From a virus (lineage: Duplodnaviria; Caudoviricetes): DNA of 64,000 nt. The translations under genes and the position numbers were made by a program. Shown here in pieces: positions 17,608-26,703 of this stretch (position 1 is its first letter; each line of letters starts with the position of its first letter). A model generated the notes under the pieces. The model had not been told where the DNA came from. It did not search any database and saw only the letters and a list, made by a program, of their open reading frames with translations. The stretch spans positions 1 through 64,000 of IMG/VR virus record IMGVR_UViG_3300021255_000070. One strand, 5' to 3'.

Positions 17608-18681
17608 ATGACTCAATATGTAATTCGTAATCCAAATAATCCTATTGTTAGAGATCTCTATAAGGATATTCCTTTAGTAGATTCTCAAGGAAATGTAGTA
17701 ACTGATGCACAAGGTAGAATAGTCTGTGACAGATATGTAGTACAAGGTTCAGTAGGTGTATCAGAAGAAACTGTAAATACTAAGATTCAGAACCTTGGTT
17801 CAAACTTTGTAAATACTACTTCTACTCAGACTGTTGGTGGTAATAAATCTTTCTCAGGTACAGTTACTGTTACTACCCCTACTAAAACAGTAGATGGTCA
17901 GACTGTTACAGATACCTCAGATGATACTACTAAAGTAGCTAATACTAAATTCGTACAGGCTGTAAAATCTGAGTTATCAGCAGATATTTCAAATATAGCT
18001 GAGAAATCTAATGCTATCACTGTATCAGATACAGCTCCTAATATAGCTAATATGCCTGTAGCTTCAGGTGTAATGCATCCATCACAGAATATTATTACTG
18101 AGAATCCAGATGTATCTATCTTAGCTCTACAACAGGATATGTGGGGATATAAATCAGATAAACCATATACAGCAAATGAATATGTACTATATCAAGGTAA
18201 TATTTATAAATGTATTCAAAATAATACTGTAACTGTTGATGGTGAAACAGTTCACAAAGCTCCTACTGATAGTAATTATTGGATAAAAATTGCTACATTA
18301 GCTGATTTAGCTTTAAAAGCTGATAAAGATTTTTCAAACGTTACCGCACCTGTTCAGGCGTTTAAGAATATGAGTATTGAATGGGATAGACCTGATTTGA
18401 CTGCTGGTATAACGATAAATGTATCAACGAGTGAACAAACTTATATCTGCCCTAGTGACGGTTTTGTTATTTTCGGTGCTTATGGTAATACAGGCGTAAC
18501 ATCTACCCTGTCAATTAATGGGGTTGAAGTTGTTAGATCTGCATCTGATACAATAAATTTCGCTATGAACTCAACAATCTGTGTCCCAGTTCAGAAAGAC
18601 GATGTATGTAAATTTAAGGGGGCTGCGGATACTTCCTTAAGTTTAGGCAAGTTCATTTTCTATCCATGCAAAGGAGTTTAA
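17608..18681 (+). CDS. Tail fibre protein with CBM5/12-like module
   Basis: QTVGGNKSFSG and DDTTKVANTKFV fibre motifs; YTANEYVLYQGNIYKC...SNYW resembles a CBM5/12 carbohydrate-binding module. Confidence 0.7.
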   Translation: MTQYVIRNPNNPIVRDLYKDIPLVDSQGNVVTDAQGRIVCDRYVVQGSVGVSEETVNTKIQNLGSNFVNTTSTQTVGGNKSFSGTVTVTTPTKTVDGQTVTDTSDDTTKVANTKFVQAVKSELSADISNIAEKSNAITVSDTAPNIANMPVASGVMHPSQNIITENPDVSILALQQDMWGYKSDKPYTANEYVLYQGNIYKCIQNNTVTVDGETVHKAPTDSNYWIKIATLADLALKADKDFSNVTAPVQAFKNMSIEWDRPDLTAGITINVSTSEQTYICPSDGFVIFGAYGNTGVTSTLSINGVEVVRSASDTINFAMNSTICVPVQKDDVCKFKGAADTSLSLGKFIFYPCKGV

Positions 18682-18683
18682 TC

Positions 18684-19082
18684 ATGTATAAATACGTTAA
18701 ATTCAATGAATATTCGGGCTTATGCACTGAAGTCGGAACGGGTACAAACGCAGATTTCTACAAGTCCGTTGGCATGGTAAGAAAAGACGTTGAACAATCC
18801 GAAGTTGATGGACAATGGTATCTTACTTCTCAATGTCCTCATTATACTGATGAAGAAAAACTAGAAAAGGCAAAAACTGAAAAGATAGCAGAATTAAGAG
18901 CTAAGAGAGATGCAGAGCTAAATGCTACAGATTTCTATCTAATGCCTGATTATCCTATTTCTGGTTCAGATTTAACTCTAATTCAGAAATACAGACAAGA
19001 GCTAAGAGATTTACCTCAGCAAGATGGTTTCCCTTATGTAGATTTCCCTGTTAATCCTTTAACACCTAAAGTAGAGGAATAA
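18684..19082 (+). CDS. Tail fibre assembly chaperone
   Basis: LRAKRDAELNATDFYLMPDYP...YRQELRDLPQQDGFP..FP chaperone motif; AAGGAG RBS gives start 18684. Confidence 0.8.
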   Translation: MYKYVKFNEYSGLCTEVGTGTNADFYKSVGMVRKDVEQSEVDGQWYLTSQCPHYTDEEKLEKAKTEKIAELRAKRDAELNATDFYLMPDYPISGSDLTLIQKYRQELRDLPQQDGFPYVDFPVNPLTPKVEE

Positions 19083-19086
19083 TATT

Positions 19087-21450
19087 ATGTCAGAACAAAC
19101 TCCTACTAATATATCTAATGCAGATTTTACCTTTAAAGATAAATACGGTAATACTGGTTCAAATAAAGGTTTATCTGCTAATGATGGTACTAAGCTTAAC
19201 AATATGGTTAAGCTTATGAATCTAATTTTAAATACCCCTAATAGTGCTGACTTTATTAATACTTTAGCTACTAAACAGTATGTAGATGAGAATCAGTCAA
19301 GTGGTTTAAATCTATTTGATGTAGTTGCTAAAGATCATGTGCTAACCTATGGTGAAGACCTTGAAGGTTTTGCTCCTCTTGGAACATGGGTATATAAAGA
19401 TGCGGTTGACGGTTCTCGTTATGGCTATCCTGATTTCGTACAGAAATGTCTTGATGAATATGACGAAGCTACAGCAGATGTAATAGGAGTTCCTTTCGTT
19501 CAGCCTATTCTATCTGCTAATGGTACTTTAGGTGGTGATAGTTTTGCTGTAAGTGCAAGTTCAATATTTAATAATGATTTTCCATTTTATAAAGCAGTTG
19601 ATGGTATAACTTCAGTTAACTCAGATGCTTGGGTTGGAGCGCAAAATTCTTTGTCTGAAAACTTTACTTTTTATAATCCAATACCATTACAAGTTTTAAC
19701 TCTTTTTATCTTAACAAGAGATGATTCACCTTTATCAAGTTGTACTGTATATGGTTCTAATGATAATTTGACTTGGGAAAATCTTGGCACATTCAATAGT
19801 CTTAATGTAAATAATACTCTTAACGTTTCTAATACCTCTTTTTATACTTACTACAAATTAGCTTTAGTAAGTACACAAAATTTTGTTTCCATTCAATCGT
19901 TAAATATTACAGCCTATGAACCTCTATCAGTTAAACGTCACTCAAACGGTCATATCTTCTTTGATGTAGCAGATATAGATAAGGTTAATGCTTTATTTAC
20001 TGAAAGAAAAGAAGCATGGCTATATGGTATTGATGAAACAAATGAGCGTGTATTCTTACCTCGATCAACACGCATTAAGTTTGGTTCTACAAATGAGGTT
20101 GGAGAATATCAAGAAGCAGGTGCGCCTAACATTACAGGAACTATAAAAATAGAGGGCTCTCTTTCTGATAATACAGGAGCTTTTAAAAAATCATATACTT
20201 CTGCAAGTTTTCTATATGGAACTTCACCAGCGCCAGCTACTTTAGCAAATTTTGATGCTTCTGATTCAAATTCAATCTACGGTAACTCAGACACCATTGA
20301 ATACTCTTCAACTAAGATGATTCCTTACATGGTAGTTGGAAACACAACGGTTGAACAAGCTTCTACTGAAGTTATAGATGTAACAACTACTAACAATGAC
20401 ACAGTACCTTTATTTGCACCGCATTATTTTGACTACACACCTAATAACTTGTCATGGTTAAAGGGCGGTTCACAGTCTAATAGTGGTGACTTATACAAAA
20501 CTTGTTACAACGAACTTGTCAATGTTCTAAACGGTGAAACAAAGTATGGTTCACTCAAAGTTATTGATGAATCAGACATGGTAAGTGGTGAAGATTACTC
20601 TCTGTATTGGATTGTTAATCAGACTACCGAAACATTCAGAACACCTACTAAGACACAACAAAGATTTGTTGTTAAGACTTATCAGAATGGTACAGAATGG
20701 TATCGTATTTATAATGATGGTTGGTGTGAACAGGGTGGTTATAAAAATCAAAATGAAGGTGAAGCAACAATTACCCTTATGAAGTCTTATGTAAATACAG
20801 CATATAGTATTCTCATAGGAAAAAGCTTCCGTGATACTGGTGCAGTCGGTATTCAAGCAAATATTTTATCTTCAAGTTCTTTTTTGTTGCAAGGTGCTTA
20901 TAATGGCTCATCACAAGTATTACGACCTTCTTGGTGGCAGACTTCTGGTTATATAGACCTAACCAACGAAACATTTGATACATCTCTCTATTTCAAAGTA
21001 GCTAATGCAGTTGAAAATATAGAGTTATTAGATGTTGGAGAGGTGACAGATGCATTAAACCTAAGAGCTGATTTATCTTTAGCTAATGTAAATAGCAATG
21101 GCAAGATAGCTATTGCTCATAACGCTATGCCGTCAGATGTTTACGATGATTTAACACTAGGAGCAAGCGGATCATCCTATACCGCACCTGCTGATGGTTA
21201 TGTTTCTTTATATGCGCGCTCGAATAATTCTGCTATAGGTTTAGATGTACCTAGTTATAAAAATGGTAATTTAATTACACTTTATGGTTTTGGTGGCTAT
21301 GGTGATCCTACACCTTATAGTGCAGGTTTTAGATGTTGGACTTTGCCTGTAAAAAAAGGCAATAAGTTTAGGGTACTTTATGATGGTACTGTATATGTAG
21401 CTCTATTTAGATTTATATACGCTGTTGGCTCTGAATCAGAACATTTATAA
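19087..21450 (+). CDS. Large tail fibre/receptor-binding protein
   Basis: Discoidin (F5/8)-like segment, collar-like AGAPNITG, YQNGTEWYRIYNDGWCEQGG (gp53-like fibre domain), C-terminal MPS...LTLGASGSSYTAPADG module. Confidence 0.75.
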   Translation: MSEQTPTNISNADFTFKDKYGNTGSNKGLSANDGTKLNNMVKLMNLILNTPNSADFINTLATKQYVDENQSSGLNLFDVVAKDHVLTYGEDLEGFAPLGTWVYKDAVDGSRYGYPDFVQKCLDEYDEATADVIGVPFVQPILSANGTLGGDSFAVSASSIFNNDFPFYKAVDGITSVNSDAWVGAQNSLSENFTFYNPIPLQVLTLFILTRDDSPLSSCTVYGSNDNLTWENLGTFNSLNVNNTLNVSNTSFYTYYKLALVSTQNFVSIQSLNITAYEPLSVKRHSNGHIFFDVADIDKVNALFTERKEAWLYGIDETNERVFLPRSTRIKFGSTNEVGEYQEAGAPNITGTIKIEGSLSDNTGAFKKSYTSASFLYGTSPAPATLANFDASDSNSIYGNSDTIEYSSTKMIPYMVVGNTTVEQASTEVIDVTTTNNDTVPLFAPHYFDYTPNNLSWLKGGSQSNSGDLYKTCYNELVNVLNGETKYGSLKVIDESDMVSGEDYSLYWIVNQTTETFRTPTKTQQRFVVKTYQNGTEWYRIYNDGWCEQGGYKNQNEGEATITLMKSYVNTAYSILIGKSFRDTGAVGIQANILSSSSFLLQGAYNGSSQVLRPSWWQTSGYIDLTNETFDTSLYFKVANAVENIELLDVGEVTDALNLRADLSLANVNSNGKIAIAHNAMPSDVYDDLTLGASGSSYTAPADGYVSLYARSNNSAIGLDVPSYKNGNLITLYGFGGYGDPTPYSAGFRCWTLPVKKGNKFRVLYDGTVYVALFRFIYAVGSESEHL

Positions 21451-21462
21451 CGGAGAATACAA

Positions 21463-21837
21463 ATGAATTATTATATTTTAGACCTAAATAATGGCAGTCT
21501 TTTATTTGATACAGATAAAAATAAACTACAAAACACTATTGCTAAATTTAGACCTGAATTAAAAGATCAAGAGATTCAAGAAACAGAAAGAGAAATTGTT
21601 CTTCTTGATAATAAGTATGTTTTTGCAGATGAACATCAAGAAGAAATTGCAGAGCAAGAAGAGCTATCTCAGCTTACTCAAGAATCTAAGAAATTAGAAT
21701 CTACTCTTAAAGAGTTACAGTCTATGTATACTCAAGCTCAGATGATTGGTGATACAGAGACTATGGAAGAGATTTCTAATACTACTAAAGAGTTATTAGG
21801 TTTAACAGAGGAGACTAACAATGGCACTGAAGAATAA
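21463..21837 (+). CDS. Putative tail fibre chaperone
   Basis: Follows the large fibre; coiled-coil C-terminus. Confidence 0.5.
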   Translation: MNYYILDLNNGSLLFDTDKNKLQNTIAKFRPELKDQEIQETEREIVLLDNKYVFADEHQEEIAEQEELSQLTQESKKLESTLKELQSMYTQAQMIGDTETMEEISNTTKELLGLTEETNNGTEE

Positions 21838-22009
21838 ATGCCCATACTGCTTCTATAAGTTAGCAGAGGATGGTTTCTGTGCTCGTGTATGTAAAATGGG
21901 AGCATTAAAACGTAGACAGCATGAATTAGAAGAATCTACTAAGCATGAAGTGGATAATCCTACTGGTTCAGAGTCTACTCAGGAAACTTCTCAAACAGAG
22001 CAGGAATAA
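21821..22009 (+). CDS. Small Cys-motif protein
   Basis: CPYC-x9-CARVC, possible zinc ribbon; overlapping start with GAGG RBS. Confidence 0.6.
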   Translation: MALKNKCPYCFYKLAEDGFCARVCKMGALKRRQHELEESTKHEVDNPTGSESTQETSQTEQE

Positions 22010-22025
22010 TTTCTAGTCATATGCT

Positions 22026-22056
22026 AAATCCCTAGTATATAGCTAGGGATTTTTAT
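22026..22056 (+). terminator. Intrinsic terminator
   Basis: AAATCCCTAG-TATATAG-CTAGGGATTT followed by a T tract. Confidence 0.8.
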
Positions 22057-22220
22057 TTATATGAAAATATATTTTGTTACCTACCTCTCATTTATCCTTG
22101 GTTCACTAATCTTTTAAACCTTCTAAAGATAGCCTAATTTCTATAGTAATATCCGTCACACTAATCTTATTGAATCCTCTCTAAACTAAATATGTAAATT
22201 CATTTAAAGGAGGATTTACT

Positions 22221-22886
22221 ATGAGTGATTTACCTATGGTTGTCTCTGACAACAATGGCTTCGGTGGAGCCAATATGGGTGCTGGTTTCATTGGTGGTCT
22301 GGTTCTTGGTTCACTATGGAACGGAAATGGCTTTGGCTTTGGTGGAAATGGCAGAGGTGTTAATGCAGTAGCAGATGTAAGTCTAGCTAATGCTATTGAG
22401 CACGTCTCTGACCAAGTAAACCAAGGTACTATTTCCCAGTTACAGAGTGCTTCTCAACAGCAACTAGCAACTATGGGAGCCAGTGCTAACGTAGCTAACT
22501 CTATTGGTCAAACAGCAAGAGATACCCAACAGGCTATCAATGCTGTGAATGTAACTTCTTTACAGAACACTCAGCAGATTTCAAATGCGCTATGTAATGT
22601 GAACCAGAACATTACCAATCAGGGATATGAAACTAGACTCCAGACTCAAGCTCTAGCAGCTCAGTTATCTGACCAGCATGCTTCTCTATCAAGACAAATC
22701 TTTGAAGAGAACTGCAAAGATAGAGAGCTAGCAAGAGAAATAGCAACTCAGGCTCTAAGAGACAAGTTAGCTGAGTCTCAGGCTCAGAATGCTTCTCTGT
22801 TGGCTCAGATTAATCTGACTAATCAGTTAACAGCTCAAACTGCTTATTTGGTTGATCAGCTTAAACCTGCTGCTACTACAGCTTAA
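22221..22886 (+). CDS. Gly/Asn/Gln-rich hypothetical protein
   Basis: GGNGFGFGG segment then Q/N-rich helical region; AAGGAGG RBS. Confidence 0.7.
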   Translation: MSDLPMVVSDNNGFGGANMGAGFIGGLVLGSLWNGNGFGFGGNGRGVNAVADVSLANAIEHVSDQVNQGTISQLQSASQQQLATMGASANVANSIGQTARDTQQAINAVNVTSLQNTQQISNALCNVNQNITNQGYETRLQTQALAAQLSDQHASLSRQIFEENCKDRELAREIATQALRDKLAESQAQNASLLAQINLTNQLTAQTAYLVDQLKPAATTA

Positions 22887-22952
22887 AAAGTATAGCCCTT
22901 ATGTTTTCACGTCACATAGGGGCTATCACCTATAACAATATGGAGAACTGTT

Positions 22953-23192
22953 ATGAGATTTATTATAGCATCCAGACCTAAAGATTGGGAATTTATGAAG
23001 ACTTCCAAAGAAGTCTTAGAAGACTTACCTGATACATGGAAAGCTTATCCTCAGACTATAGAGGGAGCTATGTCTATTATCGAAATGGAACATAAGGAAT
23101 TACTTGCTCCTAATGCTGATAAATGTAAAGAGCTGATTCATTTAGCATCTGCTTGTTTATACGCATGGAGAATGATTAAACATGTTGAATAA
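22953..23192 (+). CDS. Small hypothetical protein (possible MazG-like helical fold)
   Basis: EMEHKE...KELIHLASA pattern resembles all-alpha NTP pyrophosphatases; weak. Confidence 0.45.
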   Translation: MRFIIASRPKDWEFMKTSKEVLEDLPDTWKAYPQTIEGAMSIIEMEHKELLAPNADKCKELIHLASACLYAWRMIKHVE

Positions 23193-23769
23193 TACCTTTA
23201 GTCCATATCTAATTCCAAATCCTGTTATGGGACAGCCTATTGTTAACAGACAAACTTTAGGCTTGTCTCAGATAGATGGATTTGAGCCTGTTGGTTCCTT
23301 TACTGATGACAATAACATTTCTTGGTCTTTAGTTAAGAGTGCATTTGATAGTGCTACTGATATACCAGACCCTAAATCTATTCAGATAGTAGATTACTGG
23401 AATCACATATTCCCTAATTTAGAAGAGAAGATATATGTTTATGTAGTAGAGGGTATTAAACAACCTAGAGTAGAGACAGAACATCCTACAAGAGTTATGT
23501 ATCAATGGTTCTCTACTAATTGTGTAACTAATTTCACTCCTCAAATGATTACAGAACAGGAGTGGAGAAAAGCTAATGTCTATGCTGCACCTATTATTAA
23601 TAGCAGGGTGTCTAAGCTTAATGCTATATGTAAAACTGAACCAGTAGAAACTACTGCTCCTACTAATGATCTAATCAAAGTGAAGGGTATAAATAATGGA
23701 ACAACAGTTGTTACAGGAAATAGAGGAACAGGTGAGCCAAACAAACCAATCACCACAGGAAAAGTATAG
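23182..23769 (+). CDS. Hypothetical protein
   Basis: 195-aa ORF overlapping its neighbours. Confidence 0.6.
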   Translation: MLNNTFSPYLIPNPVMGQPIVNRQTLGLSQIDGFEPVGSFTDDNNISWSLVKSAFDSATDIPDPKSIQIVDYWNHIFPNLEEKIYVYVVEGIKQPRVETEHPTRVMYQWFSTNCVTNFTPQMITEQEWRKANVYAAPIINSRVSKLNAICKTEPVETTAPTNDLIKVKGINNGTTVVTGNRGTGEPNKPITTGKV

Positions 23770-23890
23770 TCTTGCTAAACAGGAGGCTTTTAAATTATAC
23801 TTAACAGGTAAACTCAGTAAAGCAATGGTAATTAATATATGTACTGGTATTATTAGTGCTTATCTTGCTGGTTCAGAAAATAAGAAATAA
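23696..23890 (+). CDS. Hypothetical protein
   Basis: 64-aa ORF, AAGGG RBS, stop abuts the tRNA. Confidence 0.55.
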   Translation: MEQQLLQEIEEQVSQTNQSPQEKYSLAKQEAFKLYLTGKLSKAMVINICTGIISAYLAGSENKK

Positions 23891-23962
23891 GGATGTAGTG
23901 TAATGGTAACACCGGAGGTTTTGATCCTCCTATTCTAGGTTCGAGCCCTAGCATCCTTGCCA
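23889..23962 (+). tRNA. tRNA-Gln (UUG)
   Basis: Cloverleaf: acceptor AAGGATG/CATCCTT, D arm GTGT/ACAC, anticodon arm GGAGG-TTTTGAT-CCTCC, T arm CTAGG-TTCGAGC-CCTAG, G73 and encoded CCA. Confidence 0.93.
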
Positions 23963-23976
23963 ATATTATTAGATAT

Positions 23977-24177
23977 ATGAAAGTCCTTGGTTCATATACT
24001 AAAGGACTTAGTATGTTTGATATAAATCAGTTAATGATTGAAATAAATACTTTCTTCTTTGAGTATAACAAGTACGTACATGGAAATAAGATAGCCGGAA
24101 GAAGAGCTAGAAAAGCGAGTATAAGAATAGAAAAGTTATTATTAAACTATAGATTAGAATCTCTTAATAAAATATAA
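23977..24177 (+). CDS. Histone H1-like Hc1-family small basic protein
   Basis: GNKIAGRRARKASIRIEKLLLNYRLES matches the Hc1-like consensus GNKAAGxRARKxSxxLEKLxKxxRxxS. Confidence 0.75.
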   Translation: MKVLGSYTKGLSMFDINQLMIEINTFFFEYNKYVHGNKIAGRRARKASIRIEKLLLNYRLESLNKI

Positions 24178-24202
24178 GAAAGCCCCTTTCAGGGGCTTTC
24201 TT
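24176..24202. terminator. Bidirectional terminator
   Basis: AAGAAAGCCCCT-TTC-AGGGGCTTTCTT between convergent genes. Confidence 0.85.
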
Positions 24203-24204
24203 AT

Positions 24205-24423
24205 TTATTTAGGTAAGGTTTCTTTCTGATATTCTATAGAAGTCTTTATATATTCTGTTAGCATAGCTTTTAAAAGTCTAGCTTGTTTTCTTAAAACAAT
24301 ACCATATTTTTTATTACAATGATGTTTCTTTGTTGGTTCCTGAAATAACTTACAGGAATCCTTGAAAGCATTTGTTAGATGTTCAATATCATAATCTAAT
24401 CTTTCTAGTTTAGCATTTGACAT
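24205..24423 (-). CDS. Second, diverged Hc1-like small basic protein
   Basis: NKKYGIVLRKQARLLKAMLTEYIKTSIE aligns by eye with the Hc1-like helix. Confidence 0.5.
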   Translation of the reverse strand: MSNAKLERLDYDIEHLTNAFKDSCKLFQEPTKKHHCNKKYGIVLRKQARLLKAMLTEYIKTSIEYQKETLPK

Positions 24424-24425
24424 AA

Positions 24426-24845
24426 TTATTCTCCTGAAGAACCAAATCCACCTTCACCTCTATCTGTATCTGTAGATAGAGTACCTTGTACTAGAGTTAA
24501 ACTTGTAATGGGTGTAACTACTAACTGAGCAATTCTATTGTATTTTTTAAAGACTATAGTCTGATTGGTAAGATTCTGCATTACTACACTAATCTCACCT
24601 GTATAACCACAATCAATAACACCTGTATGTACCAACACTCCCTTGAGAGAAATAGAACTTCTAGGTAGTACAAATCCTACATTACCTTTAGGTATTGAAA
24701 ATTTAACTCCTGTCTCTGCCTTAATTATTTCAAAAGGTTTAAGTTCTAATCTTTTTGAACAGCATAAATCAAAGCCTGCATCCTCCTGATGTGCTTTCTT
24801 TGGTTCTAATAACTTATTCTTAACTTCTACAATTGTTATTGACAT
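24426..24845 (-). CDS. dut: Trimeric dUTPase
   Basis: All five motifs: AGFDL, PRSS, GVIDCGYTGEI, RIAQLV, RGEGGFGSSG. Confidence 0.96.
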   Translation of the reverse strand: MSITIVEVKNKLLEPKKAHQEDAGFDLCCSKRLELKPFEIIKAETGVKFSIPKGNVGFVLPRSSISLKGVLVHTGVIDCGYTGEISVVMQNLTNQTIVFKKYNRIAQLVVTPITSLTLVQGTLSTDTDRGEGGFGSSGE

Positions 24846-24900
24846 TAAAAATCTCCTATAATGTTTATAGTTGCTAAGTTAATTATATATCGAGTTTATC

Positions 24901-25227
24901 ATGGAAATATTACAAGAAGATCTAATAAAAGCTTTAATAGCATCAGTTGGTGGATGTCTATTAAGATATTTAGTAGATTATAAAGATGGTAAAAAGTCCC
25001 ATCTATTGGTATGTTTTATGGATTGTATAGCAGCTACTTTCCTTGGCTACTACACATATTTATATGTAATTGAGGAAATGCATCTATCTACTTTACATGG
25101 CTCTATATTAAACGTAGTAGTAGGTTATGTAGGAGCTGATGGTGTAAACATAGCTAAATCTATAATTGTTAAAAAACTTAAAACTCGATTTAATGTTCAG
25201 GAGAATGAAAATGAAGATACTAAATAA
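24901..25227 (+). CDS. Putative holin
   Basis: Two to three hydrophobic segments, basic C-terminus, upstream of the endolysin. Confidence 0.65.
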   Translation: MEILQEDLIKALIASVGGCLLRYLVDYKDGKKSHLLVCFMDCIAATFLGYYTYLYVIEEMHLSTLHGSILNVVVGYVGADGVNIAKSIIVKKLKTRFNVQENENEDTK

Positions 25228-25459
25228 TTTCATACCATCTGCTAAAGTTTGTTCATTTATTATGTTAATTTTATGCCTCTGGCAGATATATATTTTCTAC
25301 CATATTGGCTTTGCAAGAGGGGAAGCTCATGCCATAGAAACTATGGTAGCTAAACAAACTTCTATGAATAACAAATCAGTTGATACCCCTACTTTAGATA
25401 AATCTTTACAGAATATTCTCCACCAACCTTGTCAGGTATATGCAAAAGAAGGTAAATAA
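25211..25459 (+). CDS. Membrane-anchored hypothetical protein in lysis cassette
   Basis: One TM segment; CAGGAG RBS favours start 25211 (track 25166). Confidence 0.55.
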   Translation: MKILNNFIPSAKVCSFIMLILCLWQIYIFYHIGFARGEAHAIETMVAKQTSMNNKSVDTPTLDKSLQNILHQPCQVYAKEGK

Positions 25460-25461
25460 TT

Positions 25462-26076
25462 ATGGAATTAACTACTAAAGCATTTTCATCTGTTTTTCCT
25501 AGAGCTAAAAGCCCTGAATTATGGGTAGATACTTTAAATAAAGTTCTTCCTGAATACGAAATTGATAATGAGAATAGAGTAGCAGCTTTCTTGGCTCAAT
25601 GTGGTCATGAAAGTGCTGGTTTTACAGCTTTTCAGGAGAATTTAAATTATTCAGCAGATGCTCTTAAAAGAGTATTTCCTAAGTATTTTAAAGATGTAAA
25701 CCCTGAAGACTACGCTCGTAAGCCTGAGAAGATAGCTAATAGAGTTTATGGAAATCGAATGGGTAATGGTTCTGAAAGTTCAGGAGATGGATGGAAATAC
25801 AGGGGTAGAGGATTAATTCAGTTAACTGGTAAAAATAATTACCAGAGACTTGCTGATTATTTTAGGAACCAAGAATTAGTTAAACATCCTGATTTAGTAT
25901 GTAATAACATTGAGTATTGTGTTCTTTCTGCTGTCTGGTTTTGGACTGTGAATAATCTTAATATTCTTGCTGATAAAGAAGATTTAACCACTATGACCAA
26001 GAGAATCAATGGTGGTACAAATGGACTTGAAGATAGAATATATCTCTATACTAAGATTAAAGAAGTCCTAGTTTAA
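25462..26076 (+). CDS. Endolysin, glycoside hydrolase family 19
   Basis: AAFLAQCGHESAGF, YRGRGLIQLTGKNNY, TKRINGGTNGLEDR. Confidence 0.95.
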   Translation: MELTTKAFSSVFPRAKSPELWVDTLNKVLPEYEIDNENRVAAFLAQCGHESAGFTAFQENLNYSADALKRVFPKYFKDVNPEDYARKPEKIANRVYGNRMGNGSESSGDGWKYRGRGLIQLTGKNNYQRLADYFRNQELVKHPDLVCNNIEYCVLSAVWFWTVNNLNILADKEDLTTMTKRINGGTNGLEDRIYLYTKIKEVLV

Positions 26077-26211
26077 AGTACTTATTATAAGGGAATACTT
26101 AGTACTAGGGAACTAGAGCATTTTATGTGAACAATATTCACTGTAATATAGGAGGTAGATGCTCGCCCGACAATTCTTTTAAAAACCCGAACCAAGGAAA
26201 TAGGAGTTAAC

Positions 26212-26703
26212 ATGATTAAGTATATCCTAATTGGAATAGTTGGTATATCCTTAGTTACTGGTTCATACATAAAAGGGTATAATCACGGAGTTAATAATAC
26301 TACTGTTAAATGGCAAGAGGAAACTAATCAACGTAATAAAGTTATTAAAGAGCTTGAAGATAAGTATAAACTTCAAGCTGAAGAGTATTCACAGGAAACT
26401 CATAAATTATCTAATAAACTTTACGAACAGGAAATTAATCATGCTAAAGAAATTGCTTCCCTTAATGCTTCTTTTAACAGTAGGTTGCTCCAATCTGAAC
26501 AAAGAACAGAGTTATATAAACGTATGTCAACCAAAACAGGAAATACCTGCCAAACTCTGGCAAATCACACAGCCAGACTCGACAGACAGCTTACAGAAGG
26601 CATCGACTTGGTTAGAGAACTCAGAGCAATTATTGAACTCCGTGACTCACAACTTAGAGCCATCAACCAACAGTTTAAATTAATGGAGAAAAACAATGAG
26701 TGA
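26212..26703 (+). CDS. Inner-membrane spanin (Rz-like)
   Basis: N-terminal TM helix, long coiled coil, hosts an embedded lipoprotein ORF. Confidence 0.85.
   Translation: MIKYILIGIVGISLVTGSYIKGYNHGVNNTTVKWQEETNQRNKVIKELEDKYKLQAEEYSQETHKLSNKLYEQEINHAKEIASLNASFNSRLLQSEQRTELYKRMSTKTGNTCQTLANHTARLDRQLTEGIDLVRELRAIIELRDSQLRAINQQFKLMEKNNE
26441..26683 (+). CDS. Outer-membrane spanin lipoprotein (Rz1-like), embedded in Rz
   Basis: Signal peptide and lipobox MLKKLLPLMLLLTVG-C, CAGGA RBS, different frame inside Rz. Confidence 0.85.
   Translation: MLKKLLPLMLLLTVGCSNLNKEQSYINVCQPKQEIPAKLWQITQPDSTDSLQKASTWLENSEQLLNSVTHNLEPSTNSLN

Noticed and set aside
17790-21960. Gaps in TGGTTC/GAACCA over tail fibre tips (about 17790-18960 and 20560-21960) as a sign of recent acquisition
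   Set aside because: Gaps of similar size occur in core genes (about 29225-30760 and 15880-17010), so it is not distinguishable from chance by eye.
24839-24862. TTGACA and TATAAT upstream of the holin-like gene
   Set aside because: The spacer is only 12 nt, too short for a sigma70 promoter.
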